From: Octopus bimaculoides
Lineage: Eukaryota
Direction of reading: 5' to 3'
Assembly: GCF_001194135.2 (NCBI RefSeq)
Contig: NC_068987.1
Span: 69,801,148-69,840,682, forward strand
DNA: 39,535 bases
Made by a program: the position numbers and the translations under genes. The notes under the pieces are model-generated. The model was not told the origin of the DNA. It made no database searches and saw only the letters and a program-made list of their open reading frames with translations. Position 1 is the first letter of the stretch. The number at the start of each line of letters is the position of its first letter. Positions 23,082 to 36,370 of the stretch are shown here, one piece after another.

Positions 23082-24616
23082 ACTATATGCACATAAATTG
23101 AGTGGTTCTGAAACATTTTTACTATCACTCCTTTTATTTTGTATACATGCTCGTAACGATTCTACACTTGAACTTATTAATATTCCTCTACGTAATATCA
23201 ATACAGTGAAATCTAATTCCACATATTGTACGAAGCAGGAGAGTGCTGCAAGCGAATGTATAATGCATAACTGTTTCAATTTGGTTGGTGACACAATCTC
23301 GAAGACTTAGCTTCGACTAAACTCAAGTACGTATTTTATTTCATATATGCCCCATACCTACCAATATAAATTAATGATTATATTGTGATTTACGTGAGTA
23401 TGTTCTATTTGTAAAGGCACACACATACACACTTACAAACAATGATTTTTCTGTCCATGTATGTTACTTTATAAGAGTGGGTAACCTGTAAGATTTGCAC
23501 ACTCATAGCGAGAATCACCTTATTGTTTGTAAATTACATTCTTAGGTGAGAGTTAACATCTAACAAGGCAGAAAGTCAGAACTGTAAAGATGAGGTTATT
23601 TCTCCCCAGCCGCCTAATTTATTACCGGTTTCCATATACAATGTTTTACCACCTCCATCAGGTGTGGTACCGTCAAATTTCAGAAGTACTCTACTAATTC
23701 GTAAGCATATATGCATATACGCAAATACCCCGTATTGCTAGTGACTGGTTTCTTATCTACTAGGGAGAACTTAAATCATAAAATAATCATGCATACAGTG
23801 AACGAATACGTATGTGCACATAAATAGGCGAGGAGACGTTGTCAATTCAATTCATAATAAGAGGATGGGAACAATATTTGTGATCATTTTATAAAACTTT
23901 TCCTAGAAAAAAGTATACGCGAGACAGCCATAAACAAAAAGGGTACTGTCCATGAGTATATTGATAGCGATATATATATATATATATATATGGAAAGATG
24001 AAAATCTGTTTACAGTTCTGTCTTTGAGCATGTAATATTTTATAAATTTGTGCATGTATCGAACGAAACAACAGAGAGAGAGAAAAAGTGTGGGTTGTTG
24101 GGTGGTAGGAAGAAACATAAAGCGGGTGTTACAACGAAATACAGGGAATTAGAGAGAGAAGGCCCAATTAATACAAAGGTAGACATATCGAAAAGGTGAA
24201 TGAGAATGCTATCCAAATGGTTATAGCACAAAGAAGCGGTAAACAAAGCAGTTGCATTCATTTAGTTCTAAAAGAGCATAATGATTAAATAGCAATTTTC
24301 AGAGACACACATGCATAATTACACCCACACACCCACACGCACATACACGCATGCACACACCAACACATACAAACGCACACACACGCGCGCACGCACGCAT
24401 GTAGAATTAAATATGAAACATGAGAAATTGGTATAGAAATGTCAAGCTAGCCAAGGGAAGGGAAAATAAGGAACGATTAGACAAGGAAGACATGGACAAC
24501 AGTGTCAAAAACTGATCACAGGTAGAAGATGACAAAAGACAACAAAAGTTGAAATGAAGTGCTAGACAGGAGCCGCTTAACCCATGCAAACTTGAAAACG
24601 CGAAGGTAAAAAATGG

Positions 24617-24776
24617 TGACGACGATGACGACGATGACGACGATGATGATGATGATGATGATGATGACGATGATGATGATGATGATGATGATGATGACGA
24701 TGACGATGATGATGACACTGAGGGCATTGACAATGATGATGATGATGATAGTGATGATGATAATGATGAAGAAGGC
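24617..24776. repeat. (GAT/GAC)n triplet repeat running into a gap
   Basis: Direct reading; source of the poly-M/H/S/D pseudo-ORFs. Confidence 0.93.
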
Positions 24777-25112
24777 NNNNNNNNNNNNNNNNNNNNNNNN
24801 NNNNNNNNNNNNNNNNNNNNNNNNNNNNNNNNNNNNNNNNNNNNNNNNNNNNNNNNNNNNNNNNNNNNNNNNNNNNNNNNNNNNNNNNNNNNNNNNNNNN
24901 NNNNNNNNNNNNNNNNNNNNNNNNNNNNNNNNNNNNNNNNNNNNNNNNNNNNNNNNNNNNNNNNNNNNNNNNNNNNNNNNNNNNNNNNNNNNNNNNNNNN
25001 NNNNNNNNNNNNNNNNNNNNNNNNNNNNNNNNNNNNNNNNNNNNNNNNNNNNNNNNNNNNNNNNNNNNNNNNNNNNNNNNNNNNNNNNNNNNNNNNNNNN
25101 NNNNNNNNNNNN

Positions 25113-25154
<42 letters not shown>

Positions 25155-25674
25155 GAGTGTGTGTGCCCGTGTGTCCTTGTGTGTTTGTTTGTGGCTGTGT
25201 ATGTATATATGTATGCATCTATGTACACATTTGAATATAGATACATAAATATCGATAAAGTTCCTTCGAATATGTCAAATGTAGAATCACTAGAAACTTA
25301 TGTGTGTGTATATGTGAACGAAAGGGAGAAGAAAAAGGATTCATTCGGCAAAAGAAGGGAATGAATATGTTGAAAGAAGTGTAAATGGGAAAATGATGAT
25401 AAGCTGAAGAGAAAAAAAATAGTTGGTATATCAGAGAAGAGCTAACAAAAATAAATCTCTCATCCACATACAATATATATATATATGTGCGCGTACGCAT
25501 GTATTTGCAAGCGCAAACGAGCTTGGGACATTGTGCATATATGAAGTCATGCATATGTATGTATAAACACACACACTGTTACATAGACGCACACACACGC
25601 ACCTACGTATATGTATATCTCTACGTGTGTGTGTATATATATATAAATATATGCTTATATATATATATTTTTAC

Positions 25675-25722
<48 letters not shown>

Positions 25723-25807
25723 ATATGACAGCAAAGCATCATATATATATATATATATATATATGCTTCTACCTATTTATATAGGCTTGAACATGTATGC
25801 ATACACG

Positions 25808-25839
<32 letters not shown>

Positions 25840-25896
25840 CATATATAGATACGTATATATATATAGATATATATGTGTGTGTGTATATATATATAG

Positions 25897-25935
<39 letters not shown>

Positions 25936-26802
25936 NNNNNNNNNNNNNNNNNNNNNNNNNNNNNNNNNNNNNNNNNNNNNNNNNNNNNNNNNNNNNNNNN
26001 NNNNNNNNNNNNNNNNNNNNNNNNNNNNNNNNNNNNNNNNNNNNNNNNNNNNNNNNNNNNNNTATATATATATATATATATATACACATATATATATGTA
26101 TATACATATATTTTTTATACACACACACACACACACACATATATATATGTATGACATAAAATATAAAAATAAATAAAAGAATATTAGAATCAGTAAAAAG
26201 GAAGAGAAGTGTAGAGATGGCAGCATGGAAATCAGAGGGGGAAGTTGGCTTATATAGAAGTCTAGGAGTGACATAAAAATAAAAGAAAATAAGAAAAGGG
26301 TGAAAAAAAAAAGGAACAGCAAGCAAAATCGGGATAGAAGGTAGTAGGGGGAGTGAAAGAAGAGGAATGGGAAAGAAAGAGAACATAAGACAGGAAAAAA
26401 AAATGCTGAAAACTTCTAAGAAGTAAAAATAAAACAGACTGAAATTGAATCATATTTCTGTATGCGAATGAATGAATGGATGAGTGAATAGTCACTGTGT
26501 ATATTCGATAAAAAGACATTTTCGTGAACTACATGTAAAGAGAAATAAATAACTATATAAATAAATAAAATATGGAAGCAAAGGAAGCTTGTTGTGTTAA
26601 AGAATGAGCGGTGAGGTGTAATGTTAGTTTGACTACTACTGATGTAATTGTAGCTGAAATATAAAAAGGTTATCTGTGTAAGGAACTGGTGGAATTATAT
26701 ATAACACACTGGCTTTACAAAAGTATCCGACGACATTTGCTACACCAATAAGAAAACTTCAAGAATGAAAAGGAAATATGGGGTGTGAACGCACTCATAC
26801 CA

Positions 26803-26849
<47 letters not shown>

Positions 26850-27009
26850 ACACACGCACGTGTCTCTGTGATTATGAATGGATGGATGTGTGTGCGTATA
26901 TGTAGATGGATGGCTTTCTATATGCATATGAAGTCTTAGAAAGATGATTAAAAATATGGTTAGGTTTATATAAGCCTTTCTTTGGAAAATTGCATGAGCC
27001 TTAAATTTG

Positions 27010-27090
27010 TTATTGTTGTTGTTGTTATTATTATTATCATTATTATTATTATCATCATCATCATTATTATTATTATCATTATTATTATTT
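27010..27090. repeat. (GTT/ATT/ATC)n triplet repeat
   Basis: Direct reading. Confidence 0.9.
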
Positions 27091-27635
27091 TCTTTAAGCA
27101 GAAAAAAAAAAAAGATGTGTCTCGGCATGCCTTATAAGAAATGGCTTATTGAAGTATTTCTGAATATGGAACTGTGTGACTGAAACATTGATATAAAGAG
27201 ACATTCAAAGAACGTTGCATGACCGAAAAAAAAAAAACTTTACTATAAATTTTATGTACTATATTTATATATTCTATTTACTTAATATATTTTCATATAT
27301 TTAAAGTTCAAATGGAGTTGTTAAATATAAGAAGGGGCAACTCTGTATACGCTACAGAAAATAAAAAAAAAGTAAAGGAAAATAAGAAAATCTACCAAAG
27401 AATTCGTGAATCGTTAATCTATTGAAAAGTTTAGAATGTTTTTGAGATTTTCATGAAGTAAAATTAGGAATATTGGTGACATATCTAAAGATATGAAAAT
27501 TACACTTTCTTTCTTCTTTCTTCCCCTCTTTTTTTTTTGTTGTTGCCCACGAATCCAAAGCATATCGGGATTTTCAAAGTGTTTTGTCAGTATGTAAATG
27601 ACCCTCTTTCAACGGGACTCCAGTCAGTTATAAGC

Positions 27636-27731
27636 TTTCAAATTTTTGACTCAAGGCCAGCAGTTTCGGCGGAAGTGGGAAGTCGATTATATCGACCCCA
27701 GTGCTCATCCAGTACATATTTTGTCGACCCG
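27636..27731 (-). mobile_element. 3' core/tail fragment of a family A-type SINE
   Basis: Minus strand GGGTCGACAAAATATGTACTGGATGAGCACTGGGGTCGATATAATCGACT matches the family A core end; the tail (CTGGCCTTGAGTCAAAAATTTGAAA) differs. Confidence 0.75.
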
Positions 27732-28166
27732 TTAAGCATTTTGCCTGGGATGCTAAGCATTATGACAGCTCGTTGCCTTTCAGTTAGTTGTTAAGTCTCA
27801 GGTATAACTGTCACTTATTTTAGTTGAGTTAGAGGAAACTTCTTTGCTTTAGAAAACAAACGCTACCTTGTCAGAGTGTTTGAACCCACTGCGTATCGCT
27901 CATGATCCTAAACACAAGGCAGACGTCTTTACGTAGTTAAGAATAATTTCCTAATACCTAGTCTACAGATGAACAACTACGTTGCAGCATAATAATCTAG
28001 AAATAAAAGCAAAGTATCACTCAGATTATCTTGAATAAGGATTTGTTAGATGATGTAATTATTAATGTTATTTCAGAGATAAAGCAATTCTACGTACATA
28101 TGCTGAGTTTTTAAGATTCTTTTTTTTGTGTGGGTGTGTGTGAAATCGTATGTTGAGACATCTAGT

Positions 28167-28418
28167 TATATTTGGGGACGGTCATTTTTCCAATGAAACG
28201 ACGCACTATTTATGTGATATTAACTTTAGTTTTATTATTGGATATTGTTTATTTATCAAAGTTCTTTTGTTACAAATGCTGATCATGAGGTCATTGAAGA
28301 GGTCACAGAAAATGTGACGAATGTTCTCTGAAAAATAACTAACCACGAATAATATAGCTGAAGCGAAGATCAAATAAATAGTGCGTGTTTATTGGCAAAA
28401 TGACAGTCCCTAAATGTA
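28167..28418. mobile_element. MITE with ~52-bp TIRs flanked by TA (Tc1/mariner-type inferred)
   Basis: 28169-28221 (TATTTGGGGACGGTCATTTTTCCAATGAAACGACGCACTATTTATGTGATATT) matches the reverse complement of 28366-28416 (CATTTAGGGACTGTCATTTTGCCAATAAACACGCACTATTTATTTGATCTT). TA is at 28167-68 and 28417-18. Confidence 0.85.
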
Positions 28419-28565
28419 ACAATAAAGTAATGCTACATTACTAGAAAAAAAGACACGATAGCCATGTCGAGAAATTCTTTTGATTATTACTCTGTACATT
28501 CATGCGCAATTTAGTTGCATGTGGACTATTTCAAGTAATATATGCGTGTATGTTTGATGTTTGTT

Positions 28566-28638
<73 letters not shown>

Positions 28639-29025
28639 NNNNNNNNNNNNNNNNNNNNNNNNNNNNNNNNNNNNNNNNNNNNNNNNNNNNNNNNNNNNNN
28701 NNNNNNNNNNNNNNNNNNNNNNNNNNNNNNNNNNNNNNNNNNNNNNNNNNNNNNNNNNNNNNNNNNNNNNNNNNNNNNNNNNNNNNNNNNNNNNNNNNNN
28801 NNNNNNNNNNNNNNNNNNNNNNNNNNNNNNNNNNNNNNNNNNNNNNNNNNNNNNNNNNNNNNNNNNNNNNNNNNNNNNNNNNNNNNNNNNNNNNNNNNNN
28901 NNNNNNNNNNNNNNNNNNNNNNNNNNNNNNNNNNNNNNNNNNNNNNNNNNNNNNNNNNNNNNNNNNNNNNNNNNNNNNNNNNNNNNNNNNNNNNNNNNNN
29001 NNNNNNNNNNNNNNNNNNNNNNNNN

Positions 29026-29065
<40 letters not shown>

Positions 29066-30380
29066 GAGAGAGAGAGAGAACGATATATATATATATATAT
29101 ATATGTATATACAGTGAGAGTAGGTAGAGCGGAGAGAAAGGGAGAGAAAGAAAAGACACTTGCACATACATGGGTGGGGCTGTATTGCAATAAACAACAG
29201 GAAAATAACATACGTTTTAGGTCAATGCTTGTGTGTCTGTGTGTGTGTGTGTATGCGTGCGTCCAGTATAAGGGAACCAACCATATCTTATTGGTAGAAT
29301 ATATATATTATATTTAGAGTAAATTATGTTTTATGTGCCTTCAGCTCTAATTCTTTATTGATAATCGATTATGTATCGTACATAGGCATTAAAACGAAAT
29401 AACAAAATTTAAAGCGGGGTTTAATGAACCCCAGTAAAAGCATTGTATTCAATATCAAACCTTGTAATAATGTCTAACTTCAAGGGAACAATACACACTG
29501 GATTGAAATCGCGCTCATTAAACCATACATAAATCCGAAAACATTCACCATTATTTGCTATGGAAATAAGGGTCAGTATAGAATTGTTCATTTTTAATAT
29601 TATCTTCTTTCCATATGGGACTTTGCCATTTAATTCTAAGGGACACTTGGGACATAATAATTCGTTTTGAGTTCAACGAAATATTTGTCAATCCTAGTTC
29701 TGAGTGGTTCGCTATATTAGAAAAGGATATAAAAGGATATAAAATGTTATACTGTAAGTTACTGCCTCTGACAATCCTGTGACGATATATATGTATACTT
29801 TGTGTGTACCTTGTTGTATAATTCTTTCTATATTGACAATACATGGATACAATCCTCATGAGACATTGCACCTATGAATCACAGTTGTTCTGTTCCTTCG
29901 TGGAAATAAAATGAATAGAAAGTATTAAGAAAAGAAAAAGTAACTACCTAAATGCAGTCGTAACCAAATGAGTGAGGTAAAAACGAAAGTAAAAAACGAA
30001 TTAAACAATGGAAAAATGTTGTTAGTGATCGATTGTATGTATAACAAATTCTTTTACTTTAAAATATTTTGTAAATATTAATTAAAGGAAATCATGCAAA
30101 CACACTGAAGCACTCTGTTTGAGCGTACATACATTTACAGACAGTCATGTATATACGAGCGCGATCAACCACACACACAGACACACACACATACGCACAC
30201 ACACACACACTAATTTGTATGTGTTTACATATGTGTGTTTGAGTGTGTGCGTGTATATGATATATATGTCAATTCCAATAAACAAACAATTAAAAAAACA
30301 GGAAAATTAAAAAAAAAAAATGAACGTGTGGACTGCGCAAGAAATGTATTAATCTGACGCTCTGTGAAGGAAGAGAATTG

Positions 30381-30418
30381 CTGTTAACGTTTCTAGCATA
30401 GCTCTTCGTCGGAAACAG
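30381..30418 (-). other. Degenerate minimal hammerhead-like motif, possibly a Penelope-like element terminal remnant
   Basis: Minus strand CCTGTTT-CCGACGA-A-GAGC-TAT-GCTA-GAAA-CGTT-AACAG, compared with canonical CUGANGA-stemII-GAAA. It has three deviations. Confidence 0.35.
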
Positions 30419-30553
30419 GAAAGACAACAGGAAAAGAAGGAAAAATAAGAAAAAGTCGCAACAGTCCACGTGCTGTTACATGTCTGAAGTCACCGGAAGT
30501 GGAAGGAGATAAGGAAAGTAGTTTCTGGGGCAGGAGAATGTGAAGGTGGTCGG

Positions 30554-30555
<2 letters not shown>

Positions 30556-30590
<35 letters not shown>

Positions 30591-30678
30591 CAGTGTGTGT
30601 ATGTATAGTAGAGTGTGCGTGTGTGGTCGTAACTGTGTTGGTGTGAATCGTCTGTGTGTATGTGCGTGTGCGTGTGTA

Positions 30679-30710
<32 letters not shown>

Positions 30711-30925
30711 TGTGCATGCGTGCGTGCGTGCGTGAGTTTACATGTGTGCCTAGACGGAATGGACAGCAGTGAGTGAGCAGAGTCTGAAAGGTGTGTGAAT
30801 GGGTGTGTGGGGGTGTGTTAATGTTGTGGGTGTATGTTGGCATGTGTGCGTAGACGGAGTAGGAATGTGTGTATGTGTGTGTGTGTGTGTGTGCACATGT
30901 CTATAGGTGTGTGTGTGTGTGTGTG
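30556..30925. repeat. Extended TG-rich degenerate microsatellite field
   Basis: Direct reading. Confidence 0.85.
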
Positions 30926-31453
30926 ATGCTGTCTTTCTCTATACACACACGCACACTTGAAACACGACACACGCTCACACCATATATCAGGAAAGTCACC
31001 GCCGAAGAGTCTCTTCATCATGCGCCTGCTTGATCGGAGCTTATGTAGAGCAAAGCAAAATGAACGATCAGTAATTATTTCATCAATCAAAAAATAGCAT
31101 GATATTCAGACGAAAGCCGTGGGACTCTAATCATAAAGGATGTGACTTGCTATATCCTATTTAGTTCCATATTTACTCCTTCACTGCTGAAAGAATAGAA
31201 TTAGCATAAGTCTACGCTTGTTTTCTGGAAGTAATATCATCAAATGAATGGAATTCATCAACGGTGCAGGAATGAAGTGTAAAGCTGAATTTCATTGTAT
31301 ATGAAGTCAGAAGTACTTTTTTAGGGAGGCAACTGAATACATTAATATTTTCTTTCGTTCTGCGATTTTACCATTATCCAAACTTCTTTAGCCACAGAAC
31401 AGCAAAACAAACTGATAATAAACAAACCGTATTCACGCGAAATACACATAACA

Positions 31454-31486
<33 letters not shown>

Positions 31487-33640
31487 AAAACCTACATATA
31501 CACTCGATCACACACACACACACACAACACATACACACACATACACACTCATGCGGTTACACACTATCTCAAGACACGAAACATCTAAAGAGTGATAAAA
31601 ATTAAAAAGAAGATAATTCCGTGAAACACTGCATGTATTAGTGCACGTTTTCCAGCCAGGCTTCAAACAGTAATAGTTTAACATTGTCTACACATTTAAT
31701 ACCCTTCGGACAAGGATTGAATGTCATGCAGTTTCTTTCTGTTTTGATAAATATGTGTCTGTGTGCTTTTGTAAGAAATCAATACTACCACAGTTATTAG
31801 CTATTAACTTAAATCAATCGTAGAATGACCAGTAGTAACGATGTATCTTGTAGACAACACATAATAACATCCACACTTTTATACTAACTGCAGATTTTAT
31901 TTTCTTGAGCTAATTGTAGTGTTAAGGTATTCTTTAAGATGGCTTCTAGCGTGTAATTCAAAACAAGTAAATAGCAATTGTGTGCGCTTTATGTGTATGT
32001 CTGTGTGTGTGTCTGTATGTGTGTGTTTGTGTTTGTATGTGTGTATGTGTGTGTGTGGCGGGGGGTCTAGGCGCACGCAGATTCATTCCTCCCACATTAC
32101 ATTATTTTTAGTAGCGGTGCAATGTACGTAGCAAGAAATTTGTTTGTCAAAAACATTGAAATAAGTTTAAAGAATACCTATGTTGCTTCATCGTTGAGCC
32201 TTCACAGCATTTGTAATCAGTTCCTAGGGATTTAGATCCGAAATTAAGGCTACTGGAAACCTTTAGACCTCTGGTATTTATTTTGATCAGTTATAGAAAT
32301 ATCTTTCTATTGATTTCTGCACAGCTATACTACATTCTACAGAGGTAAAATATTCAAAAATACTACCCAACCTCTTTACAGTGGACAGTCTAAGCAATGG
32401 TTTGTTTATAGATAAATCATCTAAAGTAGCAAAATTTAAGCGACCTCACTACAAATATTGGCACATCGACTTGTGTCTCCTGTTTCTACCCTTTTTTTTT
32501 ACTACTGCAACTATAAATGTCTCTCCTCTGTAACAGTGAGAGAAGTTGTGTAGCCTCAATTCAGAGAACTCCTGAATCACTCAACTTTTCCCTCTCACAA
32601 ACCATATTGTGTCTGACTACCGAAGCCCAATCCGTCTTCTCTATGTTAGATCTCTAAGATTCCCTTCCTGTTTATGTCTCACTTAGAGAGAGCCGACTTG
32701 CAGTAATTTAAGCAGAACGTCAACGGTGTCAGTCTCATTGGTCTCGGAGGAACTGTGAAAGCCATGGGCATTGCTCCTTCTTCTAGACTTAACAAGCAAA
32801 AAAAAAAAAAAAAAAAAAAAAAAGAAAGAAAGAATGAACGAATACACATTTGTGCGTTGAACGGCCAAACTATGATTCAGCTTGCCATAACCCTTAGATT
32901 AAAGTTGAATCATTATTTTTATTCGTTACCGCTTGCTTCAAATAACAGAGCGCTAACGAAAGTTAAAACACGAAAAACAAAGCAAACAAAAAAGTGAAAA
33001 CATCAATCGAACACTTTCCTTTTCTGGTAGACAAATCGAACAGCTTGATAACTAGACTGAAAAGGAAGGTGGGGGAATAAAACAGCAACAACAACAACCA
33101 CGCTCTCATAGCCATTTAATTGGTGGTTGAAACAAGCTGAATCAATATGTTGCCTGCTGCCAGTGATCTCTCATCATTGTTAATGTACTGAGTATGTCGC
33201 AAAGGGATTAAATTTTCTTTCGATGTCCTATTCTATCTAGCTGTAAACATGGAACATAAGAAGTAACACTTCGTCGAAGTATGAAGCTTAAATGCAACGA
33301 AAGATATCTTTGTTAATGCAGCATTGCTGAGCTCAAATCTTCATATGGATTTTGCTAGGTAAAGGTAACTTTCACCGGTCTAACGTAGTTTATGCATGTA
33401 TGGAAGTACACACGTACGTATGTATGCATGTATGTATGTGTATGTATGTATGTATGTATGTTTGTATGTATGTATGTATGTATGTATGTATGTATGTATA
33501 CATGCACGCATGCATGAATGTTGAAGAAAATTATATTAATCAATCAAGAGAGTATGTTATATGTCATGTGATACAGCTTATATCTGCCTATCTCTGTCCA
33601 AATATTCGCAATTTCCGCGCTCTGAGTTATTTTTCTTAAC

Positions 33641-33641
<1 letters not shown>

Positions 33642-33691
<50 letters not shown>

Positions 33692-34117
33692 GTTCAGTAG
33701 TTTTATTTTTATAACGTGCTTTCACTTCACTACCGAGCGCAGCTCTGTGTGCCTTGGGTATGTGCTGTGGTTTGCTGTGATGCTCTTATGGTTACTGTAT
33801 TGAAAGTGCTTTGCGTAGGATGTGTTTCTATTCATTATACGTTTTTGGTAATTTCTGGTGGGCAGGCTTTGGTCTTGTGCTGCAATTAGAAATCCTTCAG
33901 TCTCTGCTTTGAGTCCCGAGCTTCTCAGCCATTGTTTGGGATTTTGCTTTGTCTATTTCTGTTGCGTTTAGTTTAACCCAGTATTTGCCATGAAGGGGAT
34001 TTTCTTGCCATCGGTTTATCATGATCCGTTGCTGTTCCAGTTTTAGTTTGGATTTCAGTTGTTTTACAGTTTTTGCTGTTACTTTTTTTTTCTTCATGGT
34101 TGTTAGTTACTATGACT
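33642..34117 (-). mobile_element. Internally deleted, 5'-truncated R4/Dong-type element with (TAA)n tail
   Basis: ORF 33897..34097 reads RWQENPLHGKY. After a 1-nt frameshift it continues [31 protein letters not shown], jumping directly to [10 protein letters not shown] (stop 33794-33792). A ~100-bp UTR and (AAT)n at 33642-33691 follow. Confidence 0.88.
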
Positions 34118-34118
34118 T

Positions 34119-34199
<81 letters not shown>

Positions 34200-35929
34200 A
34201 TACACAGATCTGTATTAACTTTTTGTTTCAGTAAAGAATATTTCTATGTTTAATTACATACGGTCAAATGTTGAATTGATAACGTGAATAGAAAATCAAA
34301 AAATAGCTCTGCCAAAATTCAAAGCGCTATGGAGACGACTTTATTTGACAGTCATGTGCACGATGTGTTGTATTTAAGAAAAAGAAAATCTGTGAGTATA
34401 CTGTAAGTGGAGTTGGATATTTCTAAATGTTCAGTAACTGTGAATCGACTGGATAATAGCTCAAAAGCTATATTCCATCCAACAATTTTATATACTTTTA
34501 AAGACGTGAGGTTATCATGGATCGAATTGCCATAGGTTTTTTTAATGTCATCTATTCTCTTGACTCTGATGCGGGGGTAGGAATGGCATCAGAAATTATG
34601 ATGTAATTCAAACAAAAAAAAAGTAAGGAACCCAAAGCAACCCTAAAAAAGTAAGGAACGGTTACACTATTCAAAGCACTTAAATTTACACCGATAAGCC
34701 AAAACAAAATTTTAAAATATAGTGACTAAACATGCATATATAAGCACTACTGAGAGTATTTAGCCAATATCATTTACCAATTCAATAAAACATTATGATA
34801 TATTAGGGTTTAGCTTTACTTACGCCTTTGTCCAATTCTTTAGTTTGCTAGTTTGTTTATACTCACACACACGTATACCTTTATTCTATTTATATTTCTG
34901 TTATTCTACAGTTTCATAAATTTATTTTGTATAACTTCTGTCTTTAAGCTTGGAAAAATATGTTTTATTATTCATATGACTATTTATTCTCAACCGTTTT
35001 TTATATTTGAATTTCTGGATATTGACCTTAACTCCAGTCTTTCACACTATAAAGAATCCCTCCCCACTCCCAATAAAGAATTGCATACAATATATCCTTT
35101 TCTCACAGATAGGTGGATTCGAAAATCGAGAGACTATTATAATTTCCATTAACTCAACGAAGTGCCTATTATAGAGCATCCGAATCGTTTATCTCTCGCC
35201 CGTCTGATCAGACAAACTCCACACTGCATGCTGCCTTTTAATTTTTAATCAACTGGAATTTCGGAGTTGATTTACTTGCCGATGACAAGAGTTATAATTA
35301 ATGCTAATATTCTTTTATTTATTTATTTTTATTCATTTTGATTACGGGTATGATTTTAATTCATTAAACATATGTTGTGCTGTCTAGAATTTTGTAAGCG
35401 ATGAAACACTGGTTAATGATTCCTTTGTCGCTCCTGTCCCGTGATTAGAATAAAAAGCACATCTGAATTTTATTGGGACAAAGTGAATGCGTCTCTCCAT
35501 GAGTTGATATAGTTCATAAAATGGTAAATTTTCTCTCGGTATATTATTTATTAGACCTTAAAGAATTGCATAACTGCAGACTATAGTGTGATTCATTGCA
35601 GGAACCCCACACTGCGTATGTGTTTATTATAGAAAAAGTTTACCAAGTTGAATTCCTCACGTCATGCATAAACACATTGTCGCAGTGATCTCGCACTTAG
35701 TTCATCATGCGAAAGGAATATCTGGCTAAATTTCATCAAACGTTATTAATTTGCCTAATCAATGAATATCCTTTCTTTGAATTCCTGGTTATACTCAGGA
35801 ATATTCTTAAGTTATGACACGATTTTCTTCAGAGATATAATGAAATGATGAGCCCAGATTTGTCACCAAATTAAAAAAAAGAAAGACCCAAAGAGTTCAG
35901 GAAATAATATTTAAAATTGAATAACTATA

Positions 35930-36091
35930 GGCGTAGGAGTGGCTGTGTGGTAAGTAGCTTGCTTACCAACCACATGGTTCCTTGTTCAGTCCCACTGCGT
36001 GGCATCTTGGGTAAGTGTCTTCTGCTATAGCCTCGGGCCGACCAAAGCCTTGTGAGTGGATTTGGTAGACGGAAACTGAAAGAAGCCCGTC

Positions 36092-36130
<39 letters not shown>

Positions 36131-36370
36131 TGTGTGTGTGTGTGTGTGTGTGTGTTTGTGTGTCTGTGTTTGTCCCCCCCCCAACATCGCTTGACAACCG
36201 ATGCTGGTGTGTTTACGTCCCCGTAACATAGCGGTTCGGCAAAAGAGACCGATAGAATAAGTACTAGGCTTAAAAAGAATAAGTGCTGGGGTCGATTTGC
36301 TCGACTAAAGGCGGTGCTCCAGCATGGCCACAGTCAAATGACTGAAACAAGTAAAAGGGTAAAGAGAGAG
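35930..36370 (+). mobile_element. Family B SINE, full length
   Basis: tRNA-like head GGCGTAGGAGTGGCTGTGTGG...TGTTCAGTCCC, internal (TA)n(TG)n, and right module ending GACTGAAACAAGTAAAAGGGTAAAGAG. Confidence 0.93.

Noticed and set aside
23610-23700. AG...GTAAGC-bounded proline-rich open frame
   Set aside because: No homology; such candidates arise by chance in AT-rich DNA.
31081-31089. Pbx-Hox-type TGATTGATG on the minus strand
   Set aside because: A single 9-mer is expected by chance at roughly this frequency in a window of this size and composition.
32235-32245. TAGATCCGAA, matching part of miR-10
   Set aside because: No seed region and no precursor hairpin.
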